A DNA stretch of 62,983 nucleotides, the filler included, from Sphacelaria rigidula (lineage: Eukaryota): NCBI GenBank assembly GCA_964200075.2. It is 2 parts of 2 records of this genome, joined end to end, with 100 filler letters (N's around TTAATTAATTAA, not from the genome) between each part and the next. Parts side by side here need not be neighbours in the genome. Positions count along the whole stretch, not along the records: positions 1 to 31,522 come from CAXNAA020000049.1; positions 31,623 to 62,983 come from CAXNAA020000050.1. One strand, written 5' to 3'. Of this stretch, positions 26,584-39,776 are shown one piece after another; the stretch's first letter is position 1; every line of letters starts with the position of its first letter. Under the pieces are notes generated by a model. The model had not been told where the DNA came from. It worked only from the letters and a program-made list of their open reading frames with translations, and did no database searches. Made by a program: the position numbers and the translations under genes.

Positions 26584-27585
26584 ATACGAACCGAGTTGAA
26601 GAAGCGAGTGCTTACGCCAACGTGGCAACGAGCTCATGAGATGCGCCCGCCTTGTATCACGTGCCAGAGATTTGTACCGCGTGAGAGTACATGCAGTATT
26701 ACGCCAAAAGAGAAACAAGAAAAATTCGGAACAGAGTCCGCCATCTCTTCGCCCCAATACGCACGCACACACCGCGCAACCCCAGATTCAGCAAGATGGG
26801 GTTGTTGTCTAAAGTCTACATGACATGAGGTCGAAATTTCAGCACATAAAAGCACTAACAGCGCTTGCACGGCCGTGTCTCCTGAAATGAGCACCTCTAC
26901 AGGCGATACCAAGATAGGTACCGCGCAGAGTGACATCATCCAGAGTGTGCGCAATACGGATCGATGTGTTCGTTTGCCAGGGCAGGAGCTACCCAGCAGG
27001 AAGTGAGTGTATCTGCGTGTCAAAATATGCATGCACTGACGTCTCACGCAGTCTGGGCCGAGGGGACTGCGTTTTGAGGGCGTATCGATGGAATTGCCCA
27101 AAATCCGTATTTTGCTTCGTGCGTGTAGCGCACCACGCCAAACGTGCCGCCGCTCCGGCAATATGTTGTCTGTGTTGTGGTCTACCTCTGTGCCAAGTTT
27201 CAGGCTTGATAGAACAAACACGGCGGAGAAATCCACAAGTAAAATAACCCTTGATTTGTACTGAAAATGCAGTACTAAACCCGGTTGAACTGTCGAAAGA
27301 TACATGAGGTGCCTATGATTTTTGTATCCGGGAATCTTGGCAGTTGACCTGCTTTTTTTGGTTTTGGCGTAAGACTGACATGAGAATTGCACCGGAGTAA
27401 CTGAACGTCACAGTGTGTTTGTGGTTCGATCTCGAGCCGGGTTGCTTCTGATACATCGACAATCGGGGGCTTGCGAGACTCCTGACCCTGTAGCGGACGG
27501 AACATCATCTCTTCCGGTAGACGGTACATTTTTACAGCTGAATGTTTCGACACTGGAGAGCCCTCGAAAACGCCGTCAAACCATT

Positions 27586-27950
27586 CTACAAACACCGCAA
27601 GCGCGAAGGGGTGGGTATTTTGGAAAGCTTGGTGGAGGGATCGGCAGGTGCGGCCGCATGTACTCCCGACAAGAAGGGTGATGGTGCCAACCCAGCGTCG
27701 CGCTTTCGCAGCTGCATCTTGTCGAGGTTCTCGGACTGTTTTTTTTTGTCTCAAGGTTGCACTTTTTGCAAAACTGTACCGCCGAGTACAGCAAGGAAGC
27801 GCCGTAGAACCTGTACAAGACAACACTGCTAGAGCACGTCGCACGCACATTCTTCACCGTCATATCGTCAAGTAGTATAGGATTTGGTGGCACTGACAGC
27901 CTCCACCTCCTCAAGGAAAATGACGCCCCCCGCGCTTGCGGTGTTTATAA
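27586..27950. mobile_element. MITE-like element with degenerate inverted termini
   Basis: AAACACCGCAAGCGCG (27590-27605) is the exact reverse complement of CGCGCTTGCGGTGTTT (27931-27946). Weaker pairing extends ~45 bp inward (GGTGGAGG/CCTCCACC). Confidence 0.6.
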
Positions 27951-28463
27951 ATAATAGACCATTGATTTACCACGAAAAACCCGGGTCCTGTTGTATATGT
28001 ATAAGAAACTCATAAACGCTCACACACTTTCCATCATTCAAGTAACCCTTTGAGCGCGAACTGATCCGGTCACGGCCGATGTCTTGAGTCATCCATCACT
28101 TGACCGGGATGGTGACTCCAAAGATGGGCACGAGTGCGCGCCCCAATACTGTTGGGGTCAAGCTTGCAGTGTTGTTGACTCTGTACGGACGAAATTGCGG
28201 CACATAAACAAAGGCGCAGAACAACCAAAAACAACAGCATGTCACAACACTCACCCTCCCATTTACGTGCAACTTGTCCGGTAACCCTCTTCCACTCCCT
28301 ACAACAAGAGACACGAGTGCGACGTGCCAACATTTGAGCACATGACAAACAGCAACTTGAGCACAAGAAATAGCACTACACCTTATTTGCAGTATGTGGG
28401 CGTGACAATTGGAGGCCTTCCACACACACAAACTACGGGCAATTACAAGTAGTACGTATACTG

Positions 28464-28625
28464 TAGGCAAGCACCGCACAAGGAAGATAAGAGTGTTGAT
28501 TCAAACTCGTCTGGTGACCTTCCTCCTGTGTGACCCCGGCTGATGCGCCCACACATACCGAAAGGTGTAGACTGATGTCCAGATTAGATGGGACGACAAC
28601 ACACATACACACGACAACACACACG
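28464..28625 (+). mobile_element. 5'-truncated copy of the tRNA-derived SINE
   Basis: Matches 42170-42345: AAGCACCGCA.AAGGAAG, TGACCTTCCT.CTGTGTGA.CCCGGCTG.TGCGCCCACA, AGATGGGACGACAACACA, plus a CA-rich tail. Confidence 0.8.
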
Positions 28626-29707
28626 TGTAACCGGAAAACTAACGCACGCGTGACAGAACCAGCAGTTCTGGAAATTCTCGCATCAAAAGTCCCGATGAAA
28701 TTGAACCAAAGATAGAGACGCGTACGTTTACAATCGTCATTATCCACTGCCTTCGATGGAAATCGTGTGATGTCACTCATAACTCGTTCACGCAGGAATA
28801 CAATCGCACAACGGTCCCTCGTCTTCTCCTCCCAGACGCTGCCATGGAACGAGTTCGCGCGTTCCTTATGTCACGCACCGTGTTGTAGGCAGCAAGCAGT
28901 GAACCAAACCCTCCTTTTGTCATCCTATATCTACCATCGATACACACGCCCATGTACTATTATACCATTACATCAGTATGACACACTTACAGCAAGCAAG
29001 TCTCCGCCCACTGTCATGGGTCTATTCGAGTGCCACGGACGCGTGCGCGAATGACAGCTGCACCCGCCCGCAAGACAAGGACACACGATTAATGTACTAA
29101 AACCACACTTGCAGCATTCAGACTGCTGGTTCTTCATCGAGAGACGAGGCAGGCGACCGACAACTTTTGAAGGGCCAGGAACACAAATTCTACGAAACAA
29201 GATACGAGTGCGAAATATACAGAAAACAAGAAGAAAAAAAGTAGCGCTCCGAGCGTCGGCTGAACGTACCCAGACGCGCAGGACTTGAGACAAATACGTG
29301 TCACACTACTGGGGCACATTACGCGTCAGCTACCTGGAGTATAGTGCTGCCTCAGCGAACAACACTGCACAAACATGCGTCAACGTTCCGCCAATCGAGT
29401 TGGCGTGACTGTTGCGACCTACATGACGGCCACACCTTTCGCACAACAACGCGTCTTGTTCGTTCGGTACGCTGCATTACTTCTAATAAAGACCACGCCC
29501 TTCTTCGCGTATGTAGCATCAAACGCTGACTGGACCCCCTCCCCTCCCTCCCTCCCCCCCTCGAACGATCAAGATCAAATTCAACTCAACACAATACACC
29601 GACACTCACACCATGAAACATTCCGGTAGTACACTTCAACATCACGGGTGAAAACACATACAACGTTGGTCGGAGACCAAACACGCCAGGAACTCCTCAA
29701 TCAATAA

Positions 29708-29778
29708 CCCCCCCCCCCCCCCCCCCCCCCCACCCCCCACCCCCCCACACCCCCCACCCACCCCCCCCCCCCCCCCCC
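29708..29778. repeat. Interrupted poly-C tract
   Basis: About 70 bp of C runs separated by single A residues. Confidence 0.9.
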
Positions 29779-29986
29779 TCCCACTGAAGCACCAAAGCAC
29801 AACACGAATAACGCTAAACCTATGCACTGCACACCAAAAGTCCAGACCACCCCCAGCCGAACACACTGACTGTCAAATTTCAGTGCAGGAACCAACTGAG
29901 ATTCCCATTTGATCGTGCTCTATATACCCTGCGAAATGCACAAGACAAAGTAAGGATTTATATTGCCGTTACCTACACCAACCCCA

Positions 29987-30731
29987 TCACACGGAGTCAA
30001 TGATTCTATCAGGGGCAGGAGCCAATTCATATTCCCCAATCCCGCCCCCGGTTATATGCCTCCCCCTCGCCGCGGCCCCGCTCCAACTGCCACCAAATCC
30101 GAAAAACTCTCGAAGCACGGTCCGGACAGACCTCAACCCACCATTCCGCATAGCCCCTGCCCCCGCCCCCGCCGCCTGCACAGGAGGCGCATCATTTGTA
30201 GTGCCCGACACGTCGTCGGTCGGCGGCGTCGGTCCAACCGCAAACGGCACATCAACGGTATCATCAACTTCATCAGAACCCTCCATGTTGTCGCCATCAT
30301 AAATTTCCCCAGCGTCGAGGCTAGCAAGTCCCCAAAAGCCATGTAATCCCGCCCTAATGAGCCGCCTCTCGTGCGCTGACACCACTTCCAGGTCGTCTCC
30401 CACAACATCATCACCGTCACCGGCGACAGGCAAACCCGCCATCTCGTCTCCTTCTTCGGCACCTCTCACCGCCCGCGGTAACGCCTGCTGCACCGCCGTC
30501 GTCGCTGGCCCTTCTCCCCCCCCAACCGACAGAGACAATCGGGACACCCACCACTGCCGTCGGTCGAATGCAACCGCTGTTTCTCTTCCTCCTCCTGCTA
30601 CTCCAGCCTCGACTATCTCTGGTATCGGTTCGGTGCTGCCGTCGCGGAGCCTCTGCCTGCTACTATAATTTCCACGGCGGCCCCCTGCGCCGATACCCGC
30701 GCGACTGAACCCATCCCTTTCTACTTCTACA

Positions 30732-30763
<32 letters not shown>

Positions 30764-30931
30764 AGTTGTCGTTGCCGTGCGATTCAACGGCATGACAGTG
30801 CTCGTGCTCGCGACCGTACCCTGGTGACGGTTCCTTCTGGCTTGTGCTTGTCGCCGCCTCACACCCTCTCGGGTGTTGCGCTTGCACAGAGGGCAGGAGA
30901 TGGAGAGGCGCAGCCACTCGTCCACACATTC
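29987..30931 (-). CDS. RING-H2 zinc-finger (E3 ligase-like) protein, last exon only
   Basis: Acceptor CCACCAG| is followed by ECVDEWLRLSISCPLCKR (C-terminal half of a RING-H2 domain) and a ~300-aa low-complexity tail to the stop at 29987. Upstream exons are not found before the scaffold join. Confidence 0.8.
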
Positions 30932-31522
30932 CTGGTGGAATAGATGCCGACTTGCGGGTTGGGTGTGGACAAGACAGACCGATCGAACAAAACAGACACG
31001 CCATCAAAGGCCGGGTAGAGGACGGTGGGTAAAGGAACGCAGAAAACCGGGGTGAGTACATGAACCTCGAAGGGCGTTTTTGGTCAACGCCTAAAATCGA
31101 CAAATAAGAGCATGTTTCAACGCACAACCCATTCGAGTCTTAATTTTTTTCATGTTCTTGGTGTCTTCCACTCGTCCGGTGGTGATTTTTTCGATGGTAC
31201 CGACGTTAACCAAACGACAACGTTGGCCTCCTCGCCCCAGCGGTCTGACTGGTACATATTGAAATCGGTTAGGATGGAAACAACGGTTCGATTTCTGGCA
31301 GATACGATTTATTTTTATTTTTATTTTCCTGAGGAATGTCTGATTTCTGACGTTGAAAAAGGCGAGGGCGTGAGTAGCAAAGAGCACGTGTGACGGAAGT
31401 CGGCGCGATGTGGAAGTGCAAATCCAATCTGTGATATCCAAATGCCAGTCATGTACCGTAGGGGGGGGGTGCTCATGATCATGCATGCCATAGTCATAAG
31501 ACCATTGACCTCGCATCCCTAC

Positions 31523-31622
31523 NNNNNNNNNNNNNNNNNNNNNNNNNNNNNNNNNNNNNNNNNNNNTTAATTAATTAANNNNNNNNNNNNNNNNNNNNNN
31601 NNNNNNNNNNNNNNNNNNNNNN
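31523..31622. other. Artificial scaffold linker / assembly gap
   Basis: N44 + TTAATTAATTAA (31567-31578, a six-frame stop) + N44, exactly 100 bp. Confidence 0.95.
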
Positions 31623-31675
31623 ATCCCCTTCATCCCACCCCCCCCCCCCCCCCCCCCCCCTGAAACAAAAAACAG

Positions 31676-34600
31676 ACTTGTGCCATAGCGTGTGATGGTT
31701 CTGTCTACTTCGCAACCGAAAACGGAAACGAGTGCATCTGTGGAGAGGCTGGAGACGATTACGATGCCTTCGGCGACGCTACTAACTGTGACAAGCCGTG
31801 CTCGGGCGACGCCGATCAAACCTGCGGAGGATTCTTCGCCGCGAACGTTTACCTTTACGGAGATATCGGACCCGAGCCCGCGCCCCCAGCTATCTTCACC
31901 CCCGAAGGTTATACGTACATGGGGTGCTACGCCGACAATATCGACGACCGGGTGCTTACAGGAGATGTGATTAAGGAAGATCCCACCATGGAATCGGAAG
32001 GGTGTGCGCAACTGTGCAAGGGGAAAGCGTACTTCGGTACGCAGTATGGCAATGAGTGTTGGTGCGGAGAGGTGGGTCGTGTTTTCCGTCTCCTTGTTTT
32101 TATTTCGTGTTTTTGTGGTTCATGTTCAGCATCCCGTTTTTTTTCCCGCCAACCCTGGACCAGGATTCAGGTCACCCCTCATGCGACTCGCCGAATACAT
32201 CACGGCGCTCCACGCTTGATGATCGAGCGCGCACCCGGTCCTGCGAAAACAGTGTGCTCCGTTCGGGGTGTACAAATGCGAGGTCAACGGTCATGAAACT
32301 ACCGCATGCAAGATCATAGTACCTCCCCCATCCCCCCCCGTCGTCTTTCCCTCATATCTACCGCCGTTCATCCGCTGCCTCGACGAACGAACTGAGTCAG
32401 GCGACCGACGACTTCACCAGATTCGGTCCCGGGGTCTGCAACTTCGACTGTGAGGGTGACGACAAGCAAAAGTGCGGAGGACGCAACTCTATCAGTATTT
32501 ACGCGCTCGACTCTCCCGCTGTTGATACCACCCCCACCAGCTCGTTCGGCTACCTTGGTTGCTTCGTGGACAACAAGAACAGAGTGCTGTCGGGTAAATT
32601 CATCCACGATGAGCCGGACATGTCAGTCATGAAGTGTGCTCTGTTCTGCGAGGGAGTGTCCACGTACTTCGGCCTTCAAAATGCGGTAAGCTGTGAGCAC
32701 TGTGTGCAGTGTGTGAGAATGAAGAAATGACGGACCAATAAACACACGACCCTGACATGTCATATCGTCACACTTTGCGTTACCAGGCCGAGGGTAGTGA
32801 AATTTACGTGGTGGTACCCGATGAGATCTGTAGTCCGCAATGTCGAAGATTTGTCGGTAACTTCCATGCCCCTTCCCCCCGCTGCCCAGATGTAGCATGG
32901 TGAAAAACGCTAGTGTGCCACAACAACGACGGACTCAATACCGAGCGGGGCCCGCGCAATATTTCATTCTCTAGAGGGCTTGCCTTGCTCACTACTCGAA
33001 CAACATGCTCGGAAAGTGCTCCGAATAGAAAATACCTGCTTCTTCGGTTTGATTTTCCATCATACGCATGAATTTCAAGGATGAGTGCTTCTGCGGAGCA
33101 TCCACCGATTCACCCGACATGCTTGGCGAGGCTACGAACTGCGATGCTCCTTGCGTCGGGGATGGTTCCGAGACGTGCGGCGGGACGTGGGCGATGAGCA
33201 CCTATCAGTTCGACGGTGCCCCGGTCGAAGCCGCCGCCCCCCCTGCGTCCTCTGGATTTGTGGGCTGCTTCGCTGACCAGAGGAAGAACCGCATGTTCCA
33301 ACTGAGGGCAAGCGTAACTAACGGGATGAAATTCGATGTGAGTAGAGATCTGACCTTTTAAGTGGTGGCAGCTATTATTGCTCGGCTTTCTCGTGAGTGC
33401 GGTAAGGGTAGGGGGGCACGCAAATTTTCTCCATCTCATCCACAAAAATGACTTGACGAAAACTGTTTGAACATATACTTCTCATTGCCTGGCCGTTGGT
33501 TATGAATATACGAGTAGGGAGAGATGGAATATCGTATACCGGTGGTGCTATCGATGGTGAAGTGATGCGCATGATGATATTTCAAGGGTCGGACGAATCA
33601 ATAACTCGTCCGGAAATGACACGGTTTCAGTGAGATTGATTCGAATCGTACGAATTGATCCCTGGGCTTCGTTTTTAGCGTTGCAACCCAGGTACACGCA
33701 GCCCAGACACGTGGAATGGCGACGAACGTGCGTGGATACCCCCCTGACCAGCGGCCAACTTTTTTCTCCCTTTCGGGCAATCAGGCCGAAGAAATCGTGG
33801 ATGTGGTGATTCTTGGTCCTGATGATTCGTCCTAACCGTGTAATATGTCCTGGCGACTCCCCCCTTCCCCCCCCCCCCCCCCCCCGCTTCCTCCTGCACG
33901 CATGTCCTGTGGTGACGACTGAGCAGGTCTGCCAGGCAACGTGCGAAGGCTTCGCGTACTTCGGGCTGCAATACGGAACAGAGGTACGAAGCATGATGAA
34001 AATCAGGGTAGAGGTGGGAGGAGAGGGAACGGGGGCTAGGAAAAATGGCGTTGATTCACTTTGTCTTCCTCATGTACTTTTTTGTATCGCGCTGCGATCT
34101 ATCGATCGGTCGATTTGAGTGCTAGAATTGCTTTGGAGAGTAAATGGCGTGGGGCCATTTTACTGTGAAAATAACTCTTGGACACTACGAAACTGTCCGA
34201 ACCTTGGACTCCTGGTACTCGAAAGCTGACTCTCTGTATACGAGCTATACAGTACATGAACTATCAGTATTCTACGACGAATTTCTCACACACTGCACTA
34301 CTTCGGTTATTCGAACGACGAACCGTCACTGGCTTTCCCTCTGATCTCGAGTATGCATATTCGGAACTGTTATTTCTCAATTTCCAACATGATACAGGTG
34401 GCATGTGTGAGAGTCGAATATTGCATGCAGACCTGTCACGAGTGATGGTGATGGCCATGTCTTGGAGAATGAAGCGATTGATTGGGTATTGTTCACGAGT
34501 AGAAACATGACATGTTGACGTGCTCCATTTTACCGTACTGTAGCTTGATTTTTTTCAGTGGCACGACGTGAATCTGCCGCTCATGCCTAGGTCAGTGGTG

Positions 34601-34853
34601 AAACCGCTCGTTCGTCTATCTCCCCATTACAGCAGTATGCATGCTTTGCGCCTCACGACTTGACCCCCTTTCATCACGCTTTCTCTTCTCTTTATCGACG
34701 ACTTTTGGCTTTGTGCCCGCCACTTAGTGCTGGTGCGGAGATGCCGAGACAAACTTGGATTCATATGCGGAAGGGGACTGCGACAGGCAATGCTCGGGAG
34801 ATCTGAACGGTACTTGTGGCGGGTTCTTCTCCATGGATGTCTACGCGTATTAA
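31676..34853 (+). CDS. Tandem WSC carbohydrate-binding domain protein, 3' part (5 exons, four WSC units, the first partial)
   Basis: Exons 31676-32071, 32401-32685, 33080-33337, 33927-33983 and 34728-34853. The WSC pattern Y.GCY.D...R.L..M...C...C....YFG.Q.G.ECWCG....C...C.GD....CGG....VY is repeated. Stop TAA at 34851-34853. Confidence 0.9.
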
Positions 34854-36794
34854 TGATACCGTCGGTGAATGCACACATGAAGGGGATATCGACGTACACG
34901 CGTTCTAGTGCACCGTCACTTTTTTTCTCGGTTTTTTTGGAGGAAGTCGAGTTGCGGAATAATTACAGAGCGAAGTACAGAGCGGTTCAGTGTCGATTTG
35001 TATCATAAAACTATTTAACTACGTCCGATTCTCGGATTATATTTAATTGCGGTTGACGTTCGTATTCCGTTGATCGAGACAAGGTATGAGTGTGTCGCGC
35101 TAGGTTCACTACTTTTTATATCGTCGGTGGTAACGGGGATCATGTGCAGCCACTTAGCTGGTCCCTTGTGTGTTGTCTATCTTGTTCGTGTGTGCCTTTT
35201 TCGTCAATTTAATCGCTGGGAATTGACATTCACTATCTCCCCGGGTGTGCATGCATCTTCGTCCAAATACAGTGAAGGCTAGGTGTAATGAATAGTAGGC
35301 GGGTTACCTGCTGAGTGGAGGCTTTTGTTGATCTGGAGTGCTGTCCTCGTGTGGTGACCTTTCGCTTTTTCCCTTGGCTTATTTTTCGCCACGAAACTAT
35401 GTTGTCAAACCCTTTTTTGGAAGGGTAAATGTTCGAAAGAAAATTCAAACAGCCGCCCTTTACCGGCGGCGTTTTGCCCCAAGCACACCTTTGTGTGCAC
35501 TCTCTTGTGCAGGAAAGTTATCAGGATGTGCACTGGTCGACACGTTTATTTCTACACGCATTTCATCAGTACGCGTCGTTCCCTACTCCTCATGAATCTT
35601 GGAATCAGCTCGAGGGCACGCTTCGTATGGGCCCTGAGGGAGGCGTTTCGAGCGTTTTATTTATTAACGTGCTGCATCCAGTCTTCTCATCCATGTGGAT
35701 GACACCCTGGAATATGATCATGATCGTGCGTGGAGCAGTGATAAACTTTCGATGAAATCACCTTTTTTCTGCTAGTGCTATAATGGTAGGAACTTGGGCT
35801 CGGGTGGTTGTTGGTTGTGTTGTCGGCACCTGGTGTGGTGGGCACGTGAGATTTAAGGGGGCGAGGTGGCGCTGAATGAACACATATTATAACGCTTGAT
35901 ACTGCAGCGCGCGGTGACCGAACGAAGATGGTACACGTTGTATGTTTTGTATGTAAGCGCGTGTTTCAGATGCAACGGTGCTGTAGGCGGCAAGTACACG
36001 TTGTCTTATTTGCTTTTTAGGTCGAGTGTTTAACTAGCGCGGCTATAGAGGAAGAAAGGTGACTTCTTGATCAGTATCATGTGTTGTCGTATCATTTGGA
36101 TACGCGATTGCTCGTCATGCTGTCGTTTGGTGCAGCGAAGGATAATTTTGGTATACCAGTAACTGCCTCGGGGCCATGTCGCCCCTCCGACAGCATTTCC
36201 TAGCAACCACTCCCTCGGCGCTATCTGGGAGATGTGGGACGGGGTTGATTCGCTGTTGAGCTCGAGACAGGTCGTGGCTCTTCTGTTGGGTCGTTGATGA
36301 GGCGAAGCATTTATCAGCACAGAAGGTGGAAACATTGAAGTGTGTCGCTTGTCCTACGGTGGGCTGTATGTGCGTGCCCTGCACCGCTGCCGGCAGAACG
36401 CAACATCATTGACGGACTTCTACGATGACCATTTGATCGCGTCGGTTTCTGGTTGATGATTGGCAGCCGTATGATAACCACGGCACATCCCTCGCGAAAC
36501 AATACACCACACACATGCAAGATATCGGATCATTGATTCTCGGAAATGTTCCGTCAGCTTGAGTCATTGCTTACGGTCACCGGAGTAGTATCGTCTCTTT
36601 TTCGAGTGAATCGCAACACGCCGAATGCTCACCCTTGTGACTTTTCACCCGAGGTATTCTTCAGCTGGTGACGCCAGCCAGTGGAAGCAATGTGGGATCA
36701 ATGTCTTTGTCAGATCCCTAGTCTTTCTGGCCTCAGTTTCAGTTGTCTGCCTTGACAACATTTTCACGAGTGCGAGCAGCACAGGCACAAATCA

Positions 36795-39745
36795 CGCGCA
36801 ATATACGTAACTCCTTCGTGAGAAATTTCGGAGCCACGTCAACATATCCTTGAAAGATTCGACGTACGCTCAACCTTTGAAACCAACCGAGTCGACCAGC
36901 GCAATCACCGAACGACCATCTGCCTCCGCCACTCGGGCAATACCAGCAATCTAAAATTGCCTGAAACTCGTTCTCAACCATTTGTAACATCAACCTGTTA
37001 GTCTGTATACAAACGCGAAGGAGCTACATGAGCGGGCTGATATGACCCGAAACAATGTTCTGAATGTTGCAGACGGGCGGGTGATGAGCACCAACCACTC
37101 TCCATGGACCAGTGCACGTCGCCGTCAATTCAAGCGTAACTCCCGGACGACGCACGCTCACATACAAGACATGATCGGCTACCTCAAAACTCAGCAATTG
37201 CGGCCCCAACGAGGTCTCTTCACGTCTGCGCGCACGGTCAGCAACAACACGTTCCTGCACTTGAACGTGGGAACGTTAATTAAGTCCACGACTCGTTGCA
37301 ATGCACTCTTGATTTGAACCTCGTCCAACACATGACACTTCCATTCCCCCGTCGACGAAGACGCCAGCGCCGAGGAAATTGCCAGGGGCACGACCAAATA
37401 TCGCGTGGTACAACATACTATCGTTACGACGACGGTACGCTGTATTAAGCGCCCATTGAACCGCCGGCAACACGTCCATCCACTCGGGGACCGCTCTACG
37501 CTGCTCGAGAAGAATAGAGCGAAGAGCACGAACTACGTCCTTGACTATGCGTTGGCACGTACCGTTAGACCACGGAGAATACGCTACCGCAATCTGGTGA
37601 TCAACGCACAAAGCCTCTCGCAATCGGGCCAAGATCGCGATCTGGACATGCGTGGCGGTATCATTCACCCACACACGCGGCACCCCCAAAGTTTTGCACC
37701 AATTCAGCAAAGATGCAGCGGTCGATTCAGCAGTACACACTGCTATTGGTTCCAGAGCCACAAAGTTTCTCAAATCATCCATGATTACCAAAATATATCG
37801 AAACCCAGCACCCTCCGACAAACCTTGGGAAGCTAGCGGGCGACTCTCGCCCACGTACAAGAAGGCAAAATAAACTACTTGATTCGGCATGGTTCCATGG
37901 ACCGTTTCGCGGAGCGGGCGGGGATTAACATCGCCCGCCCTCGAGTCGGCACAGTGAAGACACCGGCGGACAAATTCACGCACATGAGTTTCTATCCCCT
38001 GCCAGACACAAAACTCTTGCAAGCACACGAGCGTCGCAGCCACACCACGATGCCCGGCGTTGCGCATGTGCGCGCAAATCATCACACGTACCTGCAACTG
38101 CTTGTCAGAACTCGGAATCCACAAAACGTTTCGGCCACGCACATGCACACGAAACATACCTTCATTGTCCAAGATAGCAGTACCAACGTCCGACTTGAAA
38201 AATTGCACATCAGCATCTTCCGCCCCCAAAGTCTATTTGTTGCGCTTGGCGGACAACAGATTTGGACAGCATCGAGTCATCAGGTTCGCACGGGCCATAC
38301 ACAGGCACAGCGCGCACAGGCATTTGAATTTCAACAGTAGGCACCTGCATGACCAAACTACCCCCAAAACACTCAGATGCATCCGGAGAGATAAACACTT
38401 GACAACGAAGACGAGGATGAAACAGCGTCACAGCATGAGCCACTAGATCCTTCGCTGCCGCCCACGCCTGCAGCTTGCCCCCCGTCCATGATGCAGCCGT
38501 CGAAAACGCCATATCCGGAGCGGACCACCCCGCCTGGAAATTCCGTAATACCAACCCAAGCGCAAAAAAGAGCCCCCATGCACAATGCCAACCAACTCAA
38601 CTTCACTGGATCGTACCGCCCTGCTTCGTCTTCGCCGCGGACGCCCCAGGTTTTGCTGAACACGCATGGGCTCCACGCGCGCAGGTGAATCACCCCGCAG
38701 CGCACAACGAAACGCGTTGACGCGGCAATGCAATATACCGCGCAGGCTCTCTGCTTTTTAGACGCTGGGGCTTTTCGCCCCAGCACCCGTCACGCTCTCC
38801 TCCAGCGCGACCTTCCGAGCGAACTCCTCTTCCGCCGGGTCCATGAACATATCCGGGCCGCGTTCTACTAAGCGTTCCACCGCCGCATCCCGCTCCTCGG
38901 TCACCTGCCTCCCAGTCTCCTGAAAAGCATCCACCGACAAGCTCACGCGACGACTGCCCAAAAATGCGCCGGCTCCACGTACGGACCAGGCGGAGACAGC
39001 TGCGTATTGATCGAGTCCTTCAACCTTTCATACGGGTCGACTCCTAGATCCTTTAGCATCGGCAGCCCCAGAAGAACAACGCCATCCGACCCTGGCATAA
39101 TCGCAAACGAGATCGGAGGCGAGGGCGCCAGCCCCAAAGCAGTCTTGAACGCTAGCTGCAACAGAACATTACGCTCCATGACTGAAACATGCTGACCTGA
39201 CGCGGTGACTGCCTGCCGCGCCCCGAGCGGAAACGGGATGCGCAGCGGCACACCCGGGAGTTGACGCCCCAGCATCTCAACCATCTGCACAGGCAGACTA
39301 GTGAATTAGGCGCCAGAATCCAACACAGACCGTACCACAATGGCTCCACGCTGCCGTTGATTGGGAAGACATGACTCCGAAGGAATGTATCTATCGGCAA
39401 GCTCGACGGGAACTTCTTGCGCTGACCCATGCCCCGCTAATCCCACTTGACGCTCCGGCTGCGCCAGCTGCGCAGGCGAAGACGCCCCGGCAGGTTCAAA
39501 CGGCACCGCCAGCGGGTACGCCCCCCAGCCAGCAAACCAAGAACTTGGCAACCCTCCGACTAGCGTGTCAACAGGCGTCGCGCCTGGCGCTGCTGCCGGT
39601 GTCTCCGCCGGCGCCACCACCGGCGCCGGCGCCGGCGTAGTGTTCGACTCTGTAAAAGTAGGGCCCACCTGCACCGCCCGCTGCGGAGCAACAGCACCTA
39701 CGGCGGCGCCGGACCCAGAGCCAGGCCCATGCTGACGCCACTGCC

Positions 39746-39776
<31 letters not shown>

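Noticed and set aside
26634..27850. 252-aa and 191-aa minus-strand ORFs
   Set aside because: They overlap repeat and MITE fragments, have non-protein-like composition and show no domain motifs.
21390..30931. Functional pairing of the glomulin-like gene with the neighbouring RING-H2 gene
   Set aside because: Glomulin binds RBX1 specifically. This RING protein has a long tail unlike RBX1, and eukaryotic neighbourhood alone is not evidence.
35540..35580. Minus-strand CTGATGA...GAAA hammerhead-like core
   Set aside because: The intervening bases do not form stem II and no stem I/III partners were found.
35900..36790. Candidate 3' LTR of the gypsy element
   Set aside because: No similarity to 40700-41450 and no clear PPT or TG...CA boundary could be seen.
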